From Zygnema circumcarinatum SAG 698-1b (Eukaryota; Plantae; Zygnematophyceae), in assembly GCA_037447605.1 (NCBI GenBank), contig CM074822.1, forward strand, positions 1,449,492 through 1,513,491: a stretch of DNA of 64,000 bases, read 5' to 3'. The position numbers and the translations under genes are program-made. The notes under the pieces are model-generated. The model was given only the letters and a program-made list of their open reading frames with translations, searched no databases and was not told the origin of the DNA. This document shows, in pieces, positions 29,445-41,426 of the stretch. Position 1 is the stretch's first letter. Each line of letters starts with the position of its first letter.

Positions 29445-32400
29445 CTGCGATCTCCAGTTGGAAAACAATTACATACAAAAAACAGAAGCATACATGAGGT
29501 CAGAATATGGTGAAACAGTATTGCAAATTGCCATCCACAAAAAACAAAATAATGACATTCCTATGCATAAAAAACAAGTGTAACTCATCCAAATGCACAA
29601 CCACTACCCGACAAGAAATATTCAGACTTACTCGCCTCTTCGATTCTCCATCATCGTCATTTACCAAACATGGAATTTGGAGCACAACTTAATAAGGACA
29701 AACATGACTTTGCCAGAACACCGACAAAAACACCCTTCAGATTTTGTCAGGAGTGGGACACTAGAATTAGATTTCAACTTCACAAAAGTCGTTCGAAAGC
29801 AAAAGACACAACCAAGGCGCAAGGTTTGAAGGAGAAGGTCGTACACCGCGGCATGCATCGAAACTCTTTTGGAAAAACGCATCTGACCCTCATTGAATAC
29901 ATTGCGACATTGGAAATCATCTCGTTTTACCTGTCAGAATTCCAGGAGGTGGGCTTGGAGGTGGAGGTGATGGCGGTGGGCTTGGGGGCGGTGGACTAGT
30001 GTCTCCACAGCCGTACACGAAGAAGTAAGTATCAAGACGTGGCTCATTTCTGTTTTAGAGAGTGGTTGATTGACAAAAATTTGCATTAAACAAGGAAAAA
30101 CCTGGAATAAGTTGGAAAACTGAAAAAATGCACGAGCTTGTGTTCGACAGACAAAAGGAACGAGAATTTATATCCCCATCGCTAGCGAACATGATGAGGC
30201 CAGAAATGTTCAGAATTTGCTTCTCTTTACATACTAGGAATTTAGTTCTCCTTGGATGCAAAGGTTGCATCTGCCCGCAGCCACTTCAGATACTGCACAC
30301 TCTCTCAAACCCTCCCTTCCCCCTCTCCTCTCAAAATCTATCCTTTCCTCTTCTCTCTTCTCCACTTTATCTTTCACTTTTTACGTCGCTCGTTTTCGCC
30401 TCTCCCTCTCTCTCACTCCCAGGCAACACTCGTCTTGTCGAAAAGGACCAACCTCTCTCACATCAGTTTCACAACAAGCAGACGCGCAGATAATCAAAGG
30501 TGGCCGATCCCAAATTCAGCGAGGAAGAAAGCTGCAACTGAAGTGGGTCTAACACTTGGAACTTAATCTAAGTTATAACCGGCATCAACAAAAGGAGCGT
30601 ACAACGAGGAGGTCCGAAATTCATCCGTCTGGGTTTATCCAAGACATACCTGCATATGTTCCATAAACCTTTACTTCGCATAGAGTGAGTCCACCACCAA
30701 TTGAAAGGTACACCCAAACGTAACGTCCGACTAGAGAGGCACACCTCTTGTTGAACGGGTAGCCATTGTTTGTGGGGCCGTACACAAAAACATTAGTGGG
30801 GTCGCACTCTGTGTTCCCTTCTCCATTGAACGCGGTATCGTTAAGACCGACCAAAACCTGCACTCCATTCAAACTTATGTAGCCATCTGTTCTCCCATAC
30901 AGTGCAACAGTGTCCACAACTGTAATACGAAGTAAATCCACCCCCCACCACTTCCCACTATTTGTTTCCGAACATCCTCCCAAATGAGGATTGCCATTGG
31001 CGTTGCCGTCCACAGCCAAATCAGCGGTCAAGTAGAGCCCCGACCCGTATCCCTCGCACCAGCAATCGTAATTATCGTCCTCCTGAAATGCGGGCTTACG
31101 TAGTGCCAGATTTTCTGCAATCTCCAGTTGAAGAATAATTAGATACCAACAAGCAGAAGTATACATGCGATCCCCATATTGTGAAACATAATGACGAACG
31201 CAATTCATTTATTCATCCACAAAAATAAGATAATGAAATTCTTGAAAACAAAGTGTAGCTCATCCAAATGCACAACCACTACCCGACAAGAAATAGTCAG
31301 AATTAAACAAACAAACATCTTCATCCGCCTCTTCGATTCTCAATCAACGTCATTGACCAAACATGAAATTTGGAGCACAAATGAACAAGGATCAACATGA
31401 CTTCGCTAGAACTCCGACGAATGTACCCTCACCAGATTTCTTTCGGAATGTGATAAGAAATTTAAATTTCACCTTGAGAACGAATCGTTCAAAAGCAAAA
31501 GACACAACCGAGGTGCATGGTTTGAAGGAGAAGGTCGTACAGTGCGGCATGCATAGAACCTCTTTTGGTACATCGCATCTGACCCTCATTGAACACATGG
31601 CTACACATGAAGTCATCTTGTCCTCTCACCTCTCTCTGGAGGTGATGGCGGTGGGTTGGGAGGTGGAGGTGGAGATGGAGGTGGAGGTGGCGATGGAGGA
31701 GGGCTTGGAGGTGGAGGTGGAGGTGATGGCCTTGGAGGTGGTGGACGAAGTGCTCTAAAGTCGTACACGACAAACTTAGTATCAAGACGTGTTTCCTAGC
31801 CATTTTAGAGAGTGATGGATCGACAAGGCTTTTAATCTAAGAAAAAAGGTGCACTCATGTAAGTCATAACCAGCATCAAGAAAAGAAACTTGCATCGAGG
31901 AGTTCCTGAATGCATCCGTCTAAAACAATCCAAGACATACCTTGAAAATTTCCATAAACCTTTACTTCGCATAGATAGAGGAAAGTGTAGGTTGGTAGGT
32001 ACACCCAAACGTAACGTCCGACCAGCGAGGGACACCTCTTGATGAAGGGGAAGCCCTTGCTTGTGGGGCCGTACAAGAAAACATTAGTGGGATCGCATTC
32101 TTTGTTCCCATTTCCATTAAACATGGCCTTGTTAGGACCGATCCACACCTGCACTCCATTCATGTATTCTTGGTAACCACCTGTCCTCCCATACAACAAA
32201 ACATTGGTGACCGCTGCAGTACCAAGTAAATCCACCTTCCACCAAATTGGTGGCCCATAAGCAACGTGAACTGTCGTGTAGGTGTCAGTATAGCCGTCCA
32301 CTGCGTCAGCAGCGGGCCCGGCAACGTCAGGGCCTGCCTTAAATGCGGGCTTATGGAGGGCCAGATTGCCTGCAATGTCAAGTTGGAAAACAATTAGATA

Positions 32401-35400
32401 CAAACACACGATTTCACTCATGTGAGGGACAATTGGGGGAGATACACATAAAACATGATGTACATACACGCAATGAATGTGATGCCTATGTAACGCATTT
32501 CTGCTGTCCACCCCTTTCTAATCCCCACTGCATAAATTCATTCTCTTCCTTTGCAGTGGCTCTCTTTTAGTCCTATTTTCTTGCTGACTCCGTCTCAAAA
32601 TCCCGCCCTATTCTGTCTGTCTGTAACAAGCCTTGAGCACAACACCCAAAGCCTGCTAGAGACTAAGTCACTTAAACGTAATGCTGGTTTTTGGAATGAT
32701 TGCAAGTGCCCCCCTTCCAAGGACCCCCTCTTGCATTCATCCCACGCCCCTTATACGCTCCCCCCNNNNNNNNNNGCGGCATGCATAGAACCTCTTTTGG
32801 TACATCGCATCTGACCCTCATTGAACACATGGCTACACATGAAGTCATCTTGTCCTCTCACCTCTCTCTGGAGGTGATGGCGGTGGGTTGGGAGGTGGAG
32901 GTGGAGATGGAGGTGGAGGTGGCGATGGAGGAGGGCTTGGAGGTGGAGGTGGAGGTGATGGCCTTGGAGGTGGTGGACGAAGTGCTCTAAAGTCGTACAC
33001 GACAAACTTAGTATCAAGACGTGTTTCCTAGCCATTTTAGAGAGTGATGGATCGACAAGGCTTTTAATCTAAGAAAAAAGGTGCACTCAAGTAAGTCATA
33101 ACCAGCATCAAGAAAAGAAACTTGCATCGAGGAGTTCCTGAATGCATCCGTCTAAAACAATCCAAGACATACCTTGAAAATTTCCATAAACCTTTACTTC
33201 GCATAGATAGAGGAAAGTGTAGGTTGGTAGGTACACCCAAACGTAACGTCCGACCAGCGAGGGACACCTCTTGATGAAGGGGAAGCCCTTGCTTGTGGGG
33301 CCGTACAAGAAAACATTAGTGGGATCGCATTCTTTGTTCCCATTTCCATTAAACATGGCCTTGTTAGGACCGATCCACACCTGCACTCCATTCATGTATT
33401 CTTGGTAACCACCTGTCCTCCCATACAACAAAACATTGGTGACCGCTGCAGTACCAAGTAAATCCACCTTCCACCAAATTGGTGGCCCATAAGCAACGTG
33501 AACTGTCGTGTAGGTGTCAGTATAGCCGTCCACTGCGTCAGCAGCGGGCCCGGCAACGTCAGGGCCTGCCTTAAATGCGGGCTTATGGAGGGCCAGATTG
33601 CCTGCAATGTCAAGTTGGAAAACAATTAGATACAAACACACGATTTCACTCATGTGAGGGACAATTGGGGGAGATACACATAAAACATGATGTACATACA
33701 CGCAATGAATGTGATGCCTATGTAACGCATTTCTGCTGTCCACCCCTTTCTAATCCCCACTGCATAAATTCATTCTCTTCCTTTGCAGTGGCTCTCTTTT
33801 AGTCCTATTTTCTTGCTGACTCCGTCTCAAAATCCCGCCCTATTCTGTCTGTCTGTAACAAGCCTTGAGCACAACACCCAAAGCCTGCTAGAGACTAAGT
33901 CACTTAAACGTAATGCTGGTTTTTGGAATGATTGCAAGTGCCCCCCTTCCAAGGACCCCCTCTTGCATTCATCCCACGCCCCTTATACGCTCCCCCCNNN
34001 NNNNNNNCTCCCGTCCCCCCATGCCCTCCTTCACTGTCCCTCCCTTAATCCTCCCCACCCCCTTGCCATCTCACCTTGCCTTCCCCTCCCTTCCCTCCCC
34101 TTCTTCCCCCTTTCCCATCCCCCCATGCCCTCTTCTCCTTCCCCTTCCACCCCTCTCTCCCTCCCTCCCTCGCTCCCTCCCTCCCTCCTCGCTCCCTCCC
34201 TCCCTCCCCTCTTGCCTTGCCCCCCAGTCCTCCACCCTCTACACTCCCTCCTTGCCCTCCCCCCCTGCCCTTTCCCCCCCCTTTGTCTTCCCCTCCCTTC
34301 CACTTCCCTCCCCTACCTTTCTCCCCTCTCTCCTGCCCTTCCCCCCTTCCCTGCCCTCCCTACCTCCCCCTCCCGTCCCCCCATACCTCCCTCAAGCGAA
34401 AGACAACCGAGGTGTAAGGTTTGAAGGAGAAGGTCGTACAGCGCGGCATTCATAGAACCTCTTTTGGAACAACGCATCTGACCCCGATTGAATACATTGC
34501 TACAAATGAAGTCATCTCGTCAGTCGTCTCGTTTTACCTCTCAGAATGTTAGGCGGTGGGCTTGGAGGAGTTGGACCAAGTGCTGCAAAGCCGCACACGA
34601 AGAACTAGGTGTCAAGACGTGGCTCTTATCCGTTTTAGAGAGTAGTTGACAAGGAAACTTTGATAAAAGAAAAAGGCGCAAAATCCAAGGCATACCTAGA
34701 GGTGTTCCATAAACCTTTACTTCGCATAGAAAGAGGTAAGTGTAGGTTGGAAGGTACACCCAAACGTAACGTCCGACAAGGTTGGAACACCTCTTGACGA
34801 AGGGGAAGCCATTGTTCGTGGGGCCGTACACAAAAACATTAGTGGGGTCGCACTCTGTGTTCCCTATTCCTTTCCACGTAACATTGTTAAGTCCGATCCA
34901 CACCTGCACTCCATTCATCCGTTCTTGGGCGACATCCGTCCTCCCATACAACAAAACAGTGTCCACAACTGCACTACGAACTAAATCCACCTTCCACCAC
35001 CTTGCATGATATGTGCTCGCGCATGTATCTTGTCCAGCATCTGCTCTGCCATTGCCGTTGTAGCCGTCCACTGCCCTATCAGCGGTCCAATACCAGAAAG
35101 TACTCGGCTGAAATGCGGGCTTATTGATAGCAAGATTTTCTGCAATCTCCAGTTTAAAAAAAAAAAAATAACACACAAACACACGATTTCACTTATATGA
35201 GGGACAACTGAGGGGGATACAACTCAAACATGATAACCACACACGCATTGAATGTGATGCCAATGTAACGCATTTACAGTACCAACCGTCTCCTGTCCAT
35301 CCTCATGTACACTCGCACTGCATCAATTCATTCTCATCCTATGTAATTGCTCTCTCAATCCTTTTTTCTTGATAACTACATCTAACAATACCACCCACTC

Positions 35401-36132
35401 CTGTCTTTACCTTCTGTTCTATTGAATCGATAACGCCCACCGCGCCATTTTTCCTTTCTCGTTGATCCTTTTCGTTGTGTATCTTCCCGGTTCTCTCTTT
35501 TTTATTTCGTTTCGCCCCTAACGATCTTTTCACTTCTCCATTGAATGACACCCTTTCCAAATATTCCTCACTTTTTTTTTACAACCACTCGATTTTACCT
35601 CAACTGTGTTCTACTCTCTCCTTTCTTTCCCAAGCCTTACTTCTTCCTCCTCTCTCCACCCTCCTCTCCAGTTTCTTCCATGCTCTACATTTCCCCTCTC
35701 GTCGTCCCTCCCCCTTGCCCCTTGCCCTTGTCCTCATCTACAAATCCTCCTCTCCCCACATGCCCTCCTTCACTGTTCCTCCCTTATCCTCCCCACCCCC
35801 TTGCCATCTCACCTTGCCTTCCCCCTCCCCTTCCACTTCCCCTACCCCCCTATCCTCCCCCCTACCTTTCTCCCCTCCCTCCTGCCCTTCCCCCGTTCCC
35901 TGCCCTCCCTACCTCCCCCATCCCGTCCCCCCCTACCTCCCTCAAGCAAAAGACAACCGAGGTGTAAGGTTTGAAGGAGAAGGTCGTACAGCGCGGCATT
36001 CATAGAACCTCTTTTGGAACAACGCATCTGACCCCGATTGAATACATTGCTACAAGTGAAGTCATCTCGTCAGTCGTCTCGTTTTACCTCTCAGAATGTT
36101 AGGCGGTGGGCTTGGAGGAGTTGGACCAAGTG
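29023..36132 (-). CDS. Modular F-type lectin (FTP/fucolectin-like) - Ser/Pro-rich linker protein. Exons in transcription order: L 36132-36088, FTP-D 35139-34696, L 34582-34538, FTP-C' 33601-33173, L 32984-32862, FTP-C 32369-31941, L 31752-31630, FTP-B 31114-30650, L 30002-29931, FTP-A 29444-29023. 5' and 3' ends not found.
   Basis: Each large exon reads NLAxxKPAFQ...A(V)DG...WWKVDL...VxLYGRTD...GNxECDP...C...GRYVWVYL...LCEVKVYG, the FTP fold signature. All exons are AG-flanked 5' and GT-flanked 3', phase 1-1, with lengths 45/444/45/429/123/429/123/465/72 nt (multiples of 3). Confidence 0.85.
31544..33997. repeat. 1.22 kb direct duplication (31544-32765 / 32776-33997, offset 1232) containing linker + FTP-C, bounded by 10-N gaps
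   Basis: Copies read as identical except cactcaTgtaag vs cactcaAgtaag. Confidence 0.92.
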
Positions 36133-36198
36133 CTGCAAAGCCGCACACGAAGAACTAGGTGTCAAGACGTGGCTCTTATCCGTTTTAGAGAGTAGTTG
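34395..36198. repeat. Near-identical ~250 bp linker-exon cassette duplicated at 34395-34650 and 35945-36198 (offset 1550)
   Basis: Direct sequence identity spanning intron, linker exon and flanks. Confidence 0.9.
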
Positions 36199-37059
36199 AT
36201 CGACAATACTTTGGACCCCTTGCCTTCCCCTTCCCTTCTCCTTCCCCTCAACCTGTTGCCCAACCCCCCCCTTACCTTCGGCCCTGGCCCTGCCCTTGGC
36301 CTCCCCCCATTGTCCACCCCTCCCCCTCTGGCTTGTTCTTTTCCCCTCCCACTTTTCCTCCCTCCTTACCCTTGCGCCTTTGCCCTCCCGCCCTTGTCCT
36401 CCCCTCCCCGCCCTCCCTGCCCCCTTTACCCCTTCCCCCATGCTCTCCCCCCCTTCCTTCCCCCCTTTCCCCCCTGCCATCCGCCCTCTGCCGTCCACCC
36501 CTTGCCGACACCCCTTTGTCCTCCCACTTGCTCATTGCCCTACCCCACTGCCCTTCCCCCCTGCCATTCCCCCCCTTGCCTTAGACCCCTTGCCCTCCCC
36601 CCCTTCCCTCCCCTTCTTCCCCCTTTCCCATCCCCCCATGCCCTCTTCTCCTTCCCCTTCCACCCCTCTCTCCCTCCCTCTCCTCCCTCTCTCCCTCCCT
36701 CCCTCCCTCCCTCCCTCCCTCCCTCCCTCCCTCCTCGCTCCCTCCCTCCCTCCCTCCCTCCCTCCCTCCCTCCCTCCTCGCTCCCTCCCTCCCTCCCTCC
36801 TCGCTCCCTCCCTCCCTCGCTCCCTCCCTCCCTCCCTCCCTCGCTCCCTCCCTCCCTCCCTCCTCGCTCCCTCCCTCCCTCCCTCCCTCCCTTGCCCCTC
36901 CCCTTCCCTCCCCTTCTTCCCCCTTTCCCATCCCCCCATGCCCTCTTCTCCTTCCCCTTCCACCCCTCTCTCCCTCCCTCCCTCGCTCCCTCCCTCCCTC
37001 CCTTGCCAGGGGGTGCACGTGTCCCTGGGCATTGGCCGGGGGGGGGGGCGTGCCTCCAA

Positions 37060-37965
37060 CCCTAACCTCGGACCTCCATTTTGTCGCTTTCCGTTCTTTC
37101 GTTTTCTTGCGGATTCTGGTCTTGGCTTTTCAATATTCGATGCGGACCCGGCCAGCTTTACGTGACGTCATCAATGTACCAATCATAGGTGGACTGAGGC
37201 ATACAGATCGAAGTGACGTAGGTGGGAGCTTACACGTTCGCTGTACAGCATTTTTGTCGTTTTGGGGGAAGGCACGTGGCGGGCTGTCGCTGCGCTGGGG
37301 AGGGTTTGCGGGTCCTTCGGGCGGTACGGTACGGCACGTTTGAAAAATGGCAGTCGTCAGTTCTGTGGCGCGTCAGTTTCACGGATCCCGTCAGAGCTAC
37401 GGAATACATATGTTTTCGTCAGGATACGTTTTCAGAACAAGTACCCGGCAAGAAACTGAATTATTTTTGGAGACGACTATTTACAGTGTCCTTGTTCTGA
37501 ATGTAGTGTACTTTTTCTTCGGGCAGCTTCTACAAAGGATGATACAGCGGGGGGGACGCCGTGCCTCCAAACCTACCCGCGAACCTCCATTTGTCGCTTT
37601 TCATTCTTTGGTTTTCTTGCGGATTCTGGTCTTGACTTTATCTATTCGAAGCGGACCCAGCCAGATACACGTGACGTCAGTATTGTACGAATCATAGTTG
37701 GACTGCGGATACAGTTCGAAGTGACGTAGAGGGAGTTTAATACGTCAATGTATGGACTTTAATGTCGTTTGTGGGGAAGGCACGTGGCGGGCTGTCGCTG
37801 CGCCGGGGGAGGGTGTTTACGTGTCCTCCGGACAGTACGGTAAGGCACATTTGACAAATGGCAGTTGTCTGTTCTATGGCGCGCCAGTTTCAAGAATCCG
37901 TCAGAGCTACGCCTACATATGTTTCGTCAGGATACGTTTTCAGGACGAGTACCTGTCAAGGGAAC
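37060..37965. repeat. Diverged ~0.5 kb tandem duplication (about 37060-37550 / 37565-37965)
   Basis: Shared ttgtcgcttt..ttttcttgcggattctggtcttg, gaaggcacgtggcgggctgtcgctgcgc, cgtcagagctacg, gtttcgtcaggatacgttttcag. Confidence 0.85.
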
Positions 37966-37972
37966 GATTAAT

Positions 37973-38346
37973 TAGGGCGTGTCAGACTTAACAAAATGTT
38001 ACGAATATCGAGTTTTTAGTATTACGAGAATCGAGGTTACTAAGTACTAAAAATCATCGCGCCCCCGAACCTAAACCGAACCGAACGGAAGTCAACTGTA
38101 TTAAGTCAACGGGTCAACGTTGCGAAGATTGACCCGTGGGGTTTACTGAAATTGNNNNNNNNNNGCGAAGTTGCGAAGACGGCGTTTGGAGAAGTGCGAA
38201 GACGGCGATCGCGGAGTGCGAACAGGACCGCGCCGCGAGTGCGAAAAACTAGGCTCGGGAATTTTAGTTTTACTGACGTTGACTCGAAATGTTACGAATA
38301 TCGAGTTTTTAGTATTACGAGAATTTTTTAAGTCTGACACGCCCTA
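37973..38346. mobile_element. hAT-like non-autonomous element, family B (TIR TAGGGCGTGTCAGACTTAA); internal gap
   Basis: 19-bp inverted termini tagggcgtgtcagacttaa / ttaagtctgacacgcccta; no clear TSD. Confidence 0.75.
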
Positions 38347-38355
38347 TTATCAATG

Positions 38356-40322
38356 GAAAATTCTATTCTCACACCTTTTTTGTCTACACACAGGCCTCTT
38401 TTCGACGGGCAGATTTTAAAATAGCACAAAAAAAGAACACACCTTTCACACCTTCTCACCTTTTTTTTTGGGTAGTGATATTTCCACCCCTTTTTTGGAT
38501 CCAAACACCCCTTCCCGGCCGGGCAGATTTCAAAAAGGATAAAAAAACGGAAAATGCTTTTGTCACACCTTTTTGGAATCGATACCACCCTCCATCGGCA
38601 GATTTGTTTTTGCGAAACAAGGAAAATGATAACCCGTCACCCCATTTGAATATCCCGCCTACCTGAATTTTTTTTCACACGTGCGGTCAATCGCAGCCGT
38701 CGATTCAGTCGCCGATCGCAACACGGCAGATCACTATTTGATTTGCAGCCGGGCTCGGTCACAGCGCATGGCACGGGACCACGTATCCCGCCAAAGTCGT
38801 CTCAAAAGTTTGTCCGTACGCATGTCGTACGGTCCCAACTTGAGGAACCCAAAATTTCGTACATTGAGATCTTAAACCAATCAAAATTTTCCACGTCAAA
38901 AATGTTGCACGTGGCAGACGTTGATTGGCTGGAAGCTAACAATGACGAGATCTCGGGCCGAGGGACGCGCGCACTCGCACGAGCGGTCCGGCTTTGACGG
39001 GACTCGTGGGCGCTTTCCATTCGCTGAGATAGAGCCTGGCTGCAGATCGAACGGTGATCTGCAGTGGTGCGATCTGCGAGGGAATCGACAGCTGCGATTG
39101 ACACACACGTGTGAAGGACGGACACCCGCGAACGATCTCGTGGCGGACGGATCTTCCGCTTCGAGCGGATTCGGGCAGGCAGATATTTCTTTCCCGCAAA
39201 AAAAAAAATCAGGGAGGCGGGATACAGTATTCAAAATGCGATGACGGGGTATCATTTTCCTTGGTTGGCAAAAATAAAATCAGCCGACGGAAGAAGGTGG
39301 GTATCGATTCCAAAAAGGTGTGACAAAAGCATTTTCTGTTTTTAATCCCTTTTGAAATCTGCCCGGCCGGGAAGGGGTATTTGGATCCAAAAAAGGGGTG
39401 GAAATATCACTACCCTTTTTTTTTCACCTTTTTTTTCCCACCTTTTTGAAATCGATACACACCTTTCTCCATCGGGCAGATTTTACCCCTTCTTGTTTTT
39501 TTCAAAGAAAAAGTTATCGGCCTGGCCGAATCCACTCGGAGCAGAAGATCCGTCCGCCACGAGATCGTTCGCGGGTGGCCGTCCTTCACACGTGCAGAAA
39601 CTGTACACCGTCGATTCTAGAGCAGATCACACCACGGCAGATCACCGTTCGATCGGCAGCCGGGCTCGGTTCCAGCGAATGGCACACGCCCACGTGTCCC
39701 ACCCGAGCAGGCTCGAGGACCGTACACAACTCGTACGGTCGCAGCTTCGAGGAAAGTCTAAATTCCTTACATTGCGCGCTTGAACCAATCACCATCTGCC
39801 GCGTGCTCTTTGTAGACGTGGCACACTGTGATTGGTACAGGCACAACTTTAATTATTACGTTTTTTGACTTACCTCGAAGCTGCGGGCGTACGCCTTTTG
39901 TACGGTCCTTGGAGCCGGCTTGGGTGAGACACGTGGGACAGAGCCCGGCTGCTGATCGAACGGTGATCTGCATGGTGCGATCTGCGTGAATATCGACGGC
40001 GGAAAATTATTGCACGTGTGAAGGACGGCCACCCGCGAACGATCGCGTGGCGGACGGATCTTCCGCTCCGAGCGGATTCGGGCAGGCAGATATTTTTTTC
40101 TCTGAAAATAAATGATAAGGAGTAAAATCTGCCCGACGGAAAAAGGTCTCACGGCGCTCGGCCGCTCAGGACGAGTAGCGTGTATCGATTCCAAAAAGAT
40201 GTGAAAAAAAAGGTGAAAAAAAAAAGGTGTGACAGGTGTGTTCCTTTTTTGTCTATTTTAAAATCTGCCCAGCGAAAAGAGGTCTGTGCGTAGACAAAAA
40301 AGGTGTGAGAATAGAATTTTCC
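38356..40322. mobile_element. ~2 kb foldback element made of nested inverted modules
   Basis: Outer arms 38356-38455/40228-40322, inner arms 38465-38590/39298-39420, and two further diverged inverted pairs (38660-38900/38950-39200; 39540-39870/39870-40090). Confidence 0.7.
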
Positions 40323-41008
40323 TTATGTAAACCGCTCGCAGCCCCGAGCGGCCGCCAGCGGCCGTCGATCTCCCGCGATCGCGGAGCCGCAGTCCCATAC
40401 GCCCCCGCCTGCCGTACGCTCCGCAGCCCCGCGAGGCCCCGCCGCCGGGTCGGCGCAGCTCCGGAGGCCTGGGTGGTACGGATGTTTTATCACCCTTTTT
40501 TTTTTTTTTGGAGGGCGTTTTTTTTTTTTTTGGTGCGCTTTTTTTTTTTGAACTTTTTTTTTCTGGGTTTTTTTTTTTTTTACTTTGTTGGTTTTTTTTT
40601 TTCCTTTCTCTTTTTTTTTTTTTTTTAGACCACCGCGGTGACCCCGCTTCACAGAGACACAGTCCAGGCACCGCCGCCCGCCGCCTACTCGCGGCTAAGT
40701 TTGCAAAACCACGAGGACCACTCCCTCTGCAAGCGACATCGCCGTTGCGTTTCTCGTAACGCAATAGCGGACGGGGGGCGGCGGCCATGGAAACGTAAAA
40801 ATGCGATACGATACGATACGATATTTGCGCCTTTAACAATACGGACTGTCTCTCCGCCGCTAAGGGATGCGTCCTCGTGGTTTCTTTCTGCTCTTCTCCT
40901 GAACGCCCTCCCCCCTCGCCGTCCGCCATAGCCCGAGCAAGGGTCCTGCCTGCCTGCCTGCCTGCCTGCCTTCTGTATTTCTTCCCTTCGCCCGTCATTT
41001 CTCCGCAG

Positions 41009-41222
41009 TGATGGAAACGCGATCTACCCCCCATTCTGATTGTCCACCTTGGTTGGTAGAGTTGGATAGAAAAATTGATCATCCAAATTACCTTATATGC
41101 AAAGATGGATCCGTTTTATCGACGGAAGATTTAGTGAGCATTATTTGTGCAGAGCCAGAAACTACTGAGATTGGCTTGGTGGCTGCAATGGAAAATCGTC
41201 GCAGCATACCAATTAATGGAAG
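41009..41222 (+). other. Isolated exon-like segment of unknown product (METRSTPHSDCPPWLVELDRKIDHPNYLICKDGSVLSTEDLVSIICAEPETTEIGLVAAMENRRSIPING)
   Basis: Polypyrimidine + ccgcAG acceptor, open frame, AG|GTATGT donor. Confidence 0.4.
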
Positions 41223-41426
41223 GTATGTATACATATGTACATTTTTTTAGAAGGAAATAATTGAGAAAATTAATGTGTATTTTGTAAGGGTTCTTTTGTT
41301 TCAGGATGAGGGTTTAGGGTTTCGGGTCTCTCTCTCTCTCCCCCCTATCTGTTTGTCTTTCTGTCTGGGAACTCTCTTTCTCTCTCTCTTTGCCTCCCTG
41401 TCCCCCCCTCGTTCCCAAGTTGAAGT

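Noticed and set aside
29670-33035. Plus-strand ORFs ending in EVEVEVM and minus-strand MARKHVL...HLHL ORFs
   Set aside because: Antisense or off-frame readings of the Pro-linker exons and homologous introns
41305-41330. Telomere-like gggtttagggtttcggg, and degenerate TTTAGGG-like words at ~59345-59520
   Set aside because: Too few and too degenerate to call interstitial telomeric repeats
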